Below are positions 49,501 to 59,900 of a stretch of DNA of 64,000 nt, piece after piece (position 1 is the stretch's first letter; the number at the start of each line of letters is the position of its first letter). Origin of the DNA: Protoeuglena noctilucae (lineage: Eukaryota); contig OY253669.1 of NCBI GenBank assembly GCA_958009085.1, forward strand, positions 1,364,001 to 1,428,000, read 5' to 3'. Under the pieces are notes generated by a model. That model worked only from the letters and a program-made list of their open reading frames with translations. It made no database searches and was not told the origin of the DNA. A program made the position numbers and the translations under genes.

Positions 49501-50488
49501 ATGCAGCCTGGCCAGGCGTCCCTGGGGCCCTGGGAGTTCCCGGAGGCGTGTCGCACCCTGCAGCGTCTTTGGGGGGAACGGTCTGCTGCCGGCGGGAGGC
49601 CCCACGATGCGGCGGGGGCCGGGGGGGGTCGGGACGTGGCGTGGCGGTTCGTCACGGACCCTTTGGCGCCCGCCGGAGGGTACCTGCGCGGCGACGCTGT
49701 CGCCGGCAACCTGCCGGTATCGGCGGAAACCTCGGGCGACGACTCGCGCGCGGCGCGGTGCGGCGAGGGGGACGCCCCGACGACCACGGCGGGCCCCGCA
49801 TTGGACCAGGACGCCGCGACAGCCTCGCCGGGCCCTGCGAGTCGGCGATGCCTGTGGCAGCTCAGCGTGTGCTACAGTGAGACGTACATGGCTCCCGAGC
49901 TCTACTTCCTCGCTTGCACAGTGAGAGGCAGATGGCATTGTGCAGGCCGTAGGTCCCAGCCCTGAGAGCTCCGACACCTGTTCGCTCTCCACTCTTGCAC
50001 CGGCGTGTCTGATGGTCATGGCGCCAGTCTTCCCTATTTCTTGCAGGAGGATGGGGTGCCGTTGCCATGGCAAGACACGGAGTCGCTGTTGGGCCCCTCC
50101 TACCGAGAGGAAGCAGCCAGGCCTGACGCTGACGGGGCCTTTCTGCACCCGGCGCGGCACCCGAGGCTGCCCGTGACCATGTTTCGCGTACACCCATGTC
50201 AGGTGCGGCGCGCGACCACGGGAGGCGATTGAACGAGGGTGGGGCTCATAGACTCTGGTCGTCGCCGTTGTTGGTCTCGGCTTGAGGACACAAAGCAGGT
50301 ATTGGCGTATATTGCCGCCCCCGCAGACGGCCTGGGTCGTGGGGTTGCTCCTGGCGCAAGGGGCGGATGGCGCGGTCGCTGACCAGACGCACCCTCACGA
50401 GGGGTACATGAGGGCCTGGGCGAGCGTTTACCTGGCCGTCCTGGGTCTGAGCCCACCGATGGAACCAGAGGTTGAAGAAAGGCACTGA
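49501..50488 (+). CDS. ATG10: Ubiquitin-like-conjugating enzyme ATG10
   Basis: EFPEAC N-terminus, VCYSETYMAPELYF, HP..FRVHPCQT catalytic HPC motif, YMRAWASVY..LGL; GCCGCC-ATG start context. Confidence 0.88.
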
Positions 50489-50656
50489 CTCGTCACCGCA
50501 TGCCGTCCTCTACGCGCGCGCTGTGGAAGCGGCTGGCTCTGCGTCTCAGCGCCATCATGCATCAATCAAAGATAATAGCTAGCTAGCCCTAATCCAGACG
50601 TCAGAAGAGAAGGAATGGTTCCGCGCACTATGCCAGGAGTGGCGTACTGGCCCCCG

Positions 50657-51391
50657 TCACGCTTCTGGCAGCACAGCCATGGCTTCCCCTTCCACCAGCA
50701 CGGGCCCCCGCGCCTGTCCGTCCCACGCATAGCATCGCGTCGCGAACCGCGCCGTGCGCCCCACCCTGCGGACCACCGACACCTCCGCGACGACGTCCCT
50801 CCCGACCTCGCAGGGCGCTCGGAAGCGCAGCGTCTGCGAAGCGTACACGGCGCCGGGGTAGGTCGACCCGATGATGGCGGGGAACGTGGAGGCCAGGAGG
50901 AGCCCGGGCACGATCTTGGCGGGACGCCCCACAGCGTCCTGCGCGCCAGCGACGGGGAACTGGCTGCCCGACGCCCGCAGCGCACTTGTCGCGGCAAGTG
51001 CGTGGGCGAGCAGAGCCGGGTCACTTGTTCCCGACGAGCTCCTGTCCTGACGTCGCTGTGGAGCGAGTTGAAGTCCCCCGTCAGCCAGACAAACGCGTCG
51101 ACCTCGTCCTGCGTGAAGCGCCTCCGCATGTGCAGCGCGAGACCTTCCCGTGGGGAGCCTGCTGTGCTGCACTCGCTCGATGCGGGGCCGTCCTCCTGCA
51201 TGCAAAAGGCCTCCGCTTTCCCTCTCGCGCCAGCCCAACTTCGTGGCTGCGGGCACCCACCAAACCATCGCTCCCCTCCTGTGGCTCGCCTCGCTCTCAT
51301 CGGGACCCGAGGATCCCCATCGCGCCGCTGGATCGCTAATGAAGTACCCTCTGGCCCTCCAGACCCTCGCGGCTCGTCGACAGCGGAGCAT
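50657..51391 (-). CDS. MaoC-like hot-dog dehydratase (HTD2-like, probably mitochondrial; start uncertain)
   Basis: RRFTQDEVDAFVWLTGDFNSLHSD, IVPGLLLASTFPAIIGSTYPGAVYASQTLRFRAP, VLVEGEAMAVLP; Arg-rich MLRCRRAAR candidate presequence. Confidence 0.85.
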   Translation of the reverse strand: MLRCRRAARVWRARGYFISDPAARWGSSGPDESEASHRRGAMVWWVPAATKLGWRERESGGLLHAGGRPRIERVQHSRLPTGRSRAAHAEALHAGRGRRVCLADGGLQLAPQRRQDRSSSGTSDPALLAHALAATSALRASGSQFPVAGAQDAVGRPAKIVPGLLLASTFPAIIGSTYPGAVYASQTLRFRAPCEVGRDVVAEVSVVRRVGRTARFATRCYAWDGQARGPVLVEGEAMAVLPEA

Positions 51392-51756
51392 GGGCGACCA
51401 GTCCCGCGGATGTCCATCGCTGAGGCTACGTTGGTGAAGATGTCGGCCGATACTCGGCGGCTACGGACGACAGGTCAGGCAAGAGCTGCGAAGAGACCGC
51501 AGATGTCGGCTGCCGGGTCGCAGAGAGCACACTTTGGCCTGCGCGCCGCCAGATGGCCCGAGTCAGGCCCCTCCTCGCTCGGGGCAAGCGGGTTCGCCGA
51601 CCTCTGATCAAACCAGTCGGCTCAAACGTTTTCCAGCCTTGCGACTGGATCACAGCCTTGACCTCTTCTGGTCGCGTTCGCGTGATTGAGTGCCTCTGGC
51701 TAGTTATCCCACCCTCGGAGCTCTCCCGGGCGGAGCTCGATATTTGAGCGGCGAGG

Positions 51757-54700
51757 ATGTCGCTCTCGTCGGAGGTCGTCGAGCTGGTGGGGCTGCTGGG
51801 GCACAAGCAGCACCTGGAGAGGCAGAAAGCTCAGGAGAAGCTGCAGGGCTTGATTGACAGGCAAGCGATCGCGGCTCTGTGCTCGCTCTCGGTTTCCTGG
51901 CTATGTAGTTGGATTTGGCTGTGGCGCCCGCCATGCACTCGGCTCGTGGTGTGAGGAAATCTGGGGGAACCACGGCTGCGGCAGTTGGCGCGCCCCCGCG
52001 CCGCTGGCATCGGAAATCGGCGGCCGCGATGCGCCTCGTGACGCAACTAATGTGAGTGGCGCAGGGGCGAGGTCGACCTGCGCGTGGAGGCCGTGGCTGG
52101 GGAGCTCGTGCAGCGTTTCGAAGGGATGATCCAGGTGCTTGCGCCGGCTCTTGGGAGTCGCGGCTGCAGTTGCGCAAATTGGCATGTCAGCTGTCGCACA
52201 GGACGCAACTGCGGATCCGTGTCAGCGGGCCGCGCTGTGCGGACGTGGCATGGGGCGCGGGCTCGACCGTCGCGCTGGTTTCCCGCCAACTCCGAATGAG
52301 CTGCAGCCCGCCGCTTTCGCGTCGCAGTCGGAGAGGTGGGAGGACCGCCTGGGCGCGTTCACGGGCTTCACGATGACGGCGCCCGTGCACCACCCTGACG
52401 CCTTCATCGTCTCGGTCATTGAGCACTGCATGCGGTTTTTGGAGGACAGGGAGCCGCGCGTGAGGTGAGAGTGCGCATGTACGCAGCCATAGCTCGATGC
52501 ACGGCCTTCGTTGGTCAGCCCACGAGCGATCCAGGCCACCGCCGGTGGTTGCAGGCTCGCGATCGCCGAGTGCCTGGGCGCGCTCTCCCGCGTGGCCGGT
52601 CTGCGTGTCCCGGAGCTGTGCCTGTCCCGCGTGATCGACTCTATCCGGACCAACTTCGACCGCGACAACGCCGAGCCGTCGTCCGAGCTGGCGCGGGGCG
52701 ACGACCGGGGCGACTCGGCAGCGGTCGACGGCGCCGGGGAGGGGGGCGACGACGTCGTGGGGGAGCTCTTGGGCGCGGCGTACGCGACGCCGCTGCCCGG
52801 GCGAGGGGAGCTGCGGCACGGCACTGGTGAGCTGGCGCGGCAGCCGCACAGGCCTGCATGCCGCCAGGACGGCACACGAGCGGAGCGCAGCCAGGTGCTT
52901 TGTCCGACCTCGTGCCATCCACATGCGCGTGCCCTGCCCCTCCTCTCCTCGCAGAGGGCTGGAAGTGCCTGGAGACGTCGTGCCGGTGCCTTCAGCACAT
53001 GATGCAGGGTGTGGGCCACGCGTTCCGTCCTCTGGCCACGGACGACCTCCGGGCGGTGGTTTACCGCTCGCTCCTGCACCCCAACCGCTTCGTGCGCGAG
53101 AGCGGGTACTTTGCCCTGGGCGCGATGGTGGAGACGTTCACGGAGGAGGCCATGGAGACGCTCGGAGTGGAGGTGGCCACCCGGATCAGATGAGTCGCTT
53201 GCTAGCTCTCGCTTTCCAAGCACATCTCGGCCCGCAGTCGCGCTGTGACCTCGTCGTGATGCGCCGACGTGGCGCGTGCGCCCGCGCTGACCACGCCCTC
53301 GCCTCGCGCCCGCACGGACGGCCTGTCGGACAACTGGTCGCAAGTGCGCTTCGCGTCGTCGACGGCGGCGAGGTGCTTCATGACCTCGGCCACCCCGGCT
53401 GTCAAGGAGCGCACGTACCCCATCCTGCTGCCCGGCATGTGCCTGAACCGCTACTACGTCGCGGAGGGCGTGCGGCTCTACTCCCAGCAGAGCTGGCGCA
53501 TGGCGGTGGGGTCCGAGGGCCGCGCTCTCGTGGCCCGATTCGCGGCTGAGGTGGTCGACTACTACGTCGAGCAGTCCAAGGCAAACAACCACGCCGTACG
53601 GGAGGCCGCGTGCGCGTGCATGGCGGAGGTGAGCGCATGAAGACTGCCCAAGGAGACTAGTGGGCGAAGGGTCAGGGCCAGTGGGCCGCGTGGCGCACTG
53701 CCCGCCCCTGCGCTGCACTCGACTGCACCCGCTGCGCCCCTGCCCGCAGCTGATGGCCAAGGTGGACCGCGCTGCCGTCGCCCCGCACGCGCCGCGCATG
53801 CTCCGTGCGCTCGTCAACTGCTTCAAGGACGACTCGTGGCCGGTGCGCGACGCCTCGTGCACCGCGTGCGGTCGGTGCGTGGAGGCGTGCCCTGAGGAGT
53901 CCAAGGAGGTTCTCCCGGAGCTGCTGCCGCTGTGGATCGCGCATCTGTGGGACAACATCCCTACCGTGCGACAGAACTCGGCCCAGGCGTTGGGCAAGGT
54001 CTGCCAGGCGTACGGCGCCGATGCCATCGCGACGTGCTGGCAGGCCGTCGACGAGCTCCTCCCCAAGGCCTTCGACCAGCCCAGGCGAGACAGCATGGGC
54101 GATGCTGCTTGGTGGTGCCACTGCGGGTGTCGACTGTTCGGGGTCATGACATGGCAGGAGCGCGGAGGGCGTCGCACGTGCCTGCGACGTGGTACAGTCA
54201 TGCTCGCCATGCGACCGCGCGAACGCGTGCTCTCGTGGTCCGCAGCGAGTCCAAGAAGTACACCGGCCTCGACAACATCACGTCCTTCGGCGTGGCGGGC
54301 ATGCGGCGCATCCGGGCCAACGACCTCGACATCCACACCAACCAGCAGATGTTCAGCTGCGGGAGCCTCGCGCCCAAGCTCCAGCGCGGCGGCGGGTGCA
54401 TCGACCACGGCTTCAAGCGCGAGCAGGCGAGCGTGGGAAAGGGCAGGGCCCGGTCGAGCAATCGCCTCGCGTGCCGAGCCAGCTGCCGCCCCACCCCACC
54501 GCACCTCACCTTACCTCTCCGCCCTGACTCAGGAGCCCTGGGAGGCGTCGGACGGCGCCGTGTGGCTGCTGCTGGAGCTGGCCCCGGTGGACCCGGCTGG
54601 TGCCGAGAAGCGCCTGGGGACCTTGGCCCAGCTGGCGGGCCTCGACACCTTCATGCACGCGTACGCGCTGAAAGAGACCGTGTTCAAGGCGCTGCCGGGG

Positions 54701-55003
54701 ATCGCGCGCGCGGTGGGCAAGCGCGCCTTCAAGTCCCACCTGGAGGAGATCCTCCCGCCGGCGTTCCGGGCCCTGACGTCAGGGCACCAGCTGGCGGAGT
54801 TCGCGGCGGGGCAGTGCCTGGGGTTCATCCGTGACATGATAGGGCCCAACATCCTGGCGGGGAGGCTGAGCGAGGAGCAGGCCGCGCTGCTGCGCACGTC
54901 GCCCCTCGTACCGCCCTCGTCCACGTTCGGGGCCGGCGCTGGCGCGAGGGCCGCCATGGGTGGCGACGGCGTTCCTGCACCGTCGGCGCTTCGGGTGGCG
55001 TGA
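51757..55003 (+). CDS. Uncharacterised HEAT/ARM-repeat protein, 8 exons
   Basis: HEAT-like units ending LEDREPRVR, LLHPNRFVRE, LSDNWSQVRF, SKANNHAVREAAC, FKDDSWPVRDA, LWDNIPTVRQ; one intron must be AT-AC. Confidence 0.82.
53190..53315 (+). other. AT-AC intron with U2-type consensus inside the HEAT-repeat gene
   Basis: AG|ATGAGT...GCTGAC...CCCGCAC|G; removal restores ATRIR-DGLSDNW; no AG between the in-frame stop (53257-53259) and the next exon. Confidence 0.8.
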
Positions 55004-55304
55004 GAACAGACGTCGGGCTTGAATTGTTCCAGGCACCGTCACATCGAAACACGAACGAGACGCGGCAGTCTAGGGAAAGGGAAACGCTGCACCTAGGAGG
55101 ATGGGTGGGGTCGTAAGGCGTGGCGGGCGGGGGGGAGTAGCAACGCCTCTAAGCCCGCCTGCGCCACCAACCGCGACCAAACGCGGCGGGATATAACGAG
55201 GGACGCGGTATGCAGCTCCCGCTCCTCTGCTGTAGAACGCCCGGGCCACGGCGGGCATGGGGCACCGGGCATAGCTGACGCGCGCGTTGGCTGTGCTGGC
55301 GGCA

Positions 55305-56688
55305 TCAGGCGCCGTAAGGGAACCGCGCCTGCACCGAGTCCTTGTTGTCAGGGTCCATGTCCATGTCCGTCCAGGAGAACTTGATGCCGTCCGCCACCTC
55401 CTGCATAACACAGCGCACATGGTCATCCATGTGCTTGCGCCTCCCCAACACCGGGAAGTCCGCCCCTGCCAGGCACGACAGCTCGACACACACAGAGCCG
55501 GGCCACGCACGCGACGACACATTCCGATCGCGATGAGCATTGAATGGAGGCCCCAAACGCTCACCTCTGCGTTCTCCATGTTCTTGAGCGAGGCACGTGC
55601 CTGGGGCCGCACACGCTTGACGGGGATGTTGACCGAGTAAATCGTTCCCATCTCGGGATCGCTGGTCACGTTGATGTCCACGTTGTCTGCAGCGGGAGGG
55701 GAGGGAGCCGGCGTGAGAAGCGCCGCGTGGCGACAGCAGGGAACGCGCAAACGTCCAAAGCGCACCGAGGCTCTCGACGTCCACGAAGCTCTGCAGCGCC
55801 CGGAGCACCGACTCCTTCATCATCTCCATCGATCCCGGCGAAAGCCCGCACCGGTCGGCCACCAGAATCATTCGAAGCCTGCAGCAATGGGCGGGCAGGG
55901 TTGCGCCCTTGGGCCAGAGCGCGGCGGGGCCGGGCTGCTGCTCGAGCGGTGTCAACACTTGCCTCTTCTTCACGTCGTCCTTCGGGGTCGACTTGGGCTT
56001 TTCCGGGAAGAAGATGGACCACGCGGCCGCAATCTGCGCGGGAGGGGGCGCACGTGTTGGATAGCTGCCCCGCCCGCTGCGGGAACCGGAGCGCGCGAGC
56101 CCCGCAAGCGCAACCTTCACCTTCTTGAAAAACAGGTCCACTCCCTTCGCGTCCCCAAAGTCCACCTTGACCGTCGGCTTGTTGCTCGCTTCGACACGCA
56201 CCCGAAACGCAGCGGAGCGCGCGGCCAAGGCCGCCCCTGCGGAGCCGGTGGATTGCGGGAACTCGCGGACGGCAGCTGGCATCCGTGAGGGGCAAGGAGG
56301 GCGGAGAAAGGATCGTTGCGGATCGTTTGAGCGCCCGGCGTTGGCCACCCCACGGGACAGGCCCGATGAGCTCACGGCGATCGCCGGGGGCCTGCTTCAG
56401 GGCTCGAAATCGACACGCCGACCAAGAACGCTACGAACGACCGCTGGGCGAGTGCCGTGACGAAGAACCGTTGGCGTTGTTGCGCCCCGGCCCCAACAAG
56501 GGACACGGCAGGTCGACGCAGGCGGCGTCGGGAGGGCGTGGCAAGGCAAGAGGGAAAGCGCTTCAATTTTTTGCGGATCCCGATCCCGCACCTGTCCGTG
56601 GGAAGGGCGTGGGGGCCGCTCTTCTCTGCACGGCGTGGCCGAGCGAGGGCCTCGCGCCCGCGCCCATCGCGCGGGCCACGGGAAGCAT
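55305..56688 (-). CDS. minE: Plastid division topological specificity factor MinE (first exon tentative)
   Basis: AWSIFFPE, KKRLRMILVADRC, MKESVLRALQSFVDVE, VDINVTSDPEMGTIYSVNIPVKRV; transit-peptide-like start. Confidence 0.9.
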
Positions 56689-56941
56689 TGCAGTGGCAGT
56701 GATCCGATGCCCGTAATGGGTGCGTCGCTCCCGGACGCGTCGGCTGCACAAAGCGAATGCGACGCCGTTTACCGGCGATGCAACGCCAGTCTCGCCGTTT
56801 CTTCTTGAGAACGAAGCGCCTTCGTCAAGTAATGGCTCAACAAGCACCCCTGGGACTGGGACCTAAGCTGGGGGTCCCCGGGCAGCGACCGTTGGCACTG
56901 CATCATCTCCCTGCCGGGGATATCGAACCAGGCGGCGCGCG

Positions 56942-59900
56942 ATGAGGGTCACGTTCAGAGAAGCCTGCGAGTTCCTAGGCTTATCGGTGAGCCGGGCTCG
57001 GCGCTGGGTCGGGGGCCGCACGGGCGGTGAGCACGGGCGCCCTGCTGTGCCTCGAAGGACGCTGCGGGAGCGCTTGAGGCGTCCGCGCCGCAACGTCGCC
57101 TCCGCGCATCGAGGCTACTTGCTCTGAGTCGGGGAGGCATTGGGCGCTGCACCGAGGACGGCGAGCGAGCGCGGGCTGCGCCAGCGCGCGGGGCTCGCAT
57201 CCCATGAGCGCGCGCCCGCGCCGCTGCGGCAGCCGTGCTAGGCTGCACCGAGCTGTATCCGTTTCTTGTCGTGGCGTCAATGCCTGCGCCCCGCTGCCTC
57301 GCCGCGGACTGCGCACTCGGCACCCCGTGGGTCGTCGCAGGAGGATGCCCAGCGCTCGGAATTCGAGTCTGCGTTCCGCCGCATGGCGTTGAAGTACCAC
57401 CCTGATAAGGTGCGGACCGAGACCGCGGCTTGCGCGCGGGCCAGGATGGGCGTGGGAATGGTTCCACTGCGCAGGCCCCGGGAACTTCTTGCATTGCAAT
57501 CCCCGCCGATCGACCCACGCCACGTCGCCCGACTGTTCCCATTGCAGGGGGGATCCGAGGGCGATTTCAAGCACCTGCAAGCATGTATCGAGAGGTGATG
57601 TGCGCGGACGCCAGTGCGCTCACTCGCGCTCCCCTTTGAGGCGCGCCTTGAGGAGCCAAGCGACGCATGAATCGCTGCCCAGACGTGCGATGCGACACTG
57701 CACTCGTCTGCCTGCCGCAGGGTGCGCCGTCACTTTGAGGCGCCCTCGAGGCCGGCCCCCGCCTACAAGGGCTTTGGCGAGACGGAGAGCGAAGACGATG
57801 AGGATTACTACGACGATTACGATTCCGAGGAGGACGTCGAATTCGATTTCCCCTTCTTCTCGTTCGACAACTTCATGGATTACATCCAGGGGGTGAGGGG
57901 TGGGGAGGCGTGCGCGTGACGTGGCCCACCCGGGGCCCTGTGCGGACGTGGCAAGCGCGGCACCGTCCGTCGCCTGCTCTCGCGACGTCGCTCGGGGTTC
58001 CCCCCCGCAGCTGTTCGGGGCTTCCGGGGGCCGTGGCTTCCCGGACTTCACCGGCCGTGGGGGTGACGGGCGCGGTGGGCGGTTCGCGCAACGCAAGGCG
58101 GAGCGGGAGGCGGCCAAAGCGAGGAAGAAGACCAAGAACACCACGTGCGAAGGTGCGCGAGGGGATCTTATGAGCGCGCTGTGTGTTACGTGCTGTGCCT
58201 CGTTTGACCCCACGTGATGCTCCCGGCCCCTGGTGACGGGGGGGTGCCACTGACCGCCCCACTCGCCCACCTGCCCCTCCTGCAGAGGACGAGGCGATGA
58301 AGCAGCGCGGCGAGAAGATCAAGCAGGCGATGATGTACGAGAAGCACATCCAGCAGTGGCTCGGCACGCTGCCCCTGCCCTGGGCGCGTGTGAGGGGCGA
58401 CACGAGCCTGACCGTGGTGTGGGACAAGCGGGGGACCCGGCACCCCGGCTACCTGCTGGGCGCGAGCTGGGCCGTGCAGTGGCGCGAGGCGGGGGCGGCG
58501 CCCGGCGGTGCGTGGGCCGAGGGGCCCCACGCTTCCGGCGTCGACATGGTGGACGGGTGGCTGCAGCGAGAGCTCCCGGTATCTCAGGAGGATTTCAAGA
58601 TTCCCGACCTGCAGCCGGGCACCAAGGTGCGGATATCCCTTGCCATTGCCGCGCGCGCTCGGATCGTGCTCTGACAGCTCCGTGCTGCGGCGCGTGCTGA
58701 CGGGAACGTGCCGTGGGCGTCCGTCCGTGCTCCCTTGCAGTACCTGGTCCGCACGAGGCCCCTGTACCGGGTGCCGGACGACTGGGAGTTCGCGGGGATG
58801 GTCAACGTCCCGAAGAGCGCCTCGTGGTCTGAGACGCTGACGGTGTCGACGACGGGGGTGGCACGGAGCGCGGCCCAGGCACCCGCAGCCGGGGCAGCCG
58901 CTGGGCAGGTGAGGGCAGTTGCTGGCTGTTTGCGCGAAAGCGCAGGGCATGGTGTTTGTCAGGATGTTGCTGGGGCCAGCCTGCGCGTCGGGCACATGGT
59001 TGCTGACCATGACACTTAGACCTCGTTGGCTCACTCGCAGGCTGGATCTGGAAAGTCCCGCAAGAGGAAGGAGAAGAAGCAGGGCGCAGGGAACAAGGCG
59101 GGCGTGCGGACGCCAGCAGACGAGGCGGCCACTGCAGAAGAGGAGGCAGCAAAGGTGAGAGGCCAAGGGTGGTGGTTGGAGTGGGGCTGCCCAGGGTACA
59201 CGCCCTGTGCTGACACTGGTTGTATGCGTTCATACCTATGCTGACAGTGGGGCTGGTCGATTTGTTGACTAGCGCTCTCCATGCTCTGGGCATGACCCTC
59301 GGACATTATATCATCCTTGTATTTGGAATGAACTTTCCTGACTAAGCCTGACCCTCTCTGATCGTGTATGACCTCAGAGGGCGGAGGAGGAGGAGCGCCG
59401 CAAGCGTCGGCAGGCGGGTCTGCTGGCGGCGATTGAGCGGGACTACCAGAAGGACCTCAAGGCGGTGCACAAGGACGTCAAGACGGCGGAATTCAAGACC
59501 AAAGCCAAGGCGAGGGGCGCTGCTGGGGACGAGGGGTGGCAGGATGGCTGGGAGCTGGCTTGGGGTGTCGGGGGTCTGTCCCACATTGTAGCGATTGCCC
59601 TGAAGACCACCTGGCGTCGCCGTGTGTGCAGGAGGAGAAGCGGAGCGATCGCCTGGACGCGCAGATCCCCGGGCAGGGGCAGGGCAAGGGGAAGAAGGTG
59701 CGGGGAGGGTTTGGGAAGATGCGAAGCGCCGGTGCGGCTTGCTGCTATTGTTGCCTGTTCCTGTTTGTCTATCACTGCAACTCCACCCGACATAATTGCG
59801 TCCTGCACCTGTTTGCCTGTCGCCGTTCGTCTCAGGGCGCCGACGTGGCCCAGCCGACGGTGGGACGGACGGAGAACTGGCGGGAGCTGCTGCAGCGTGC

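Noticed and set aside
53191..53193. In-frame TGA in the HEAT gene as selenocysteine or a pseudogene lesion
   Set aside because: Better explained by the AT-AC intron, which restores the frame exactly; the downstream sequence is intron-like and has another stop
52222..54504. 760-aa antisense ORF, and similar long ORFs at 3108-4385, 5718-7130, 12742-14010, 23634-25115, 24492-26180 and 47652-49112
   Set aside because: Shadow frames overlapping real genes in high-GC DNA; Arg/Pro/Ala-rich with no domain motifs
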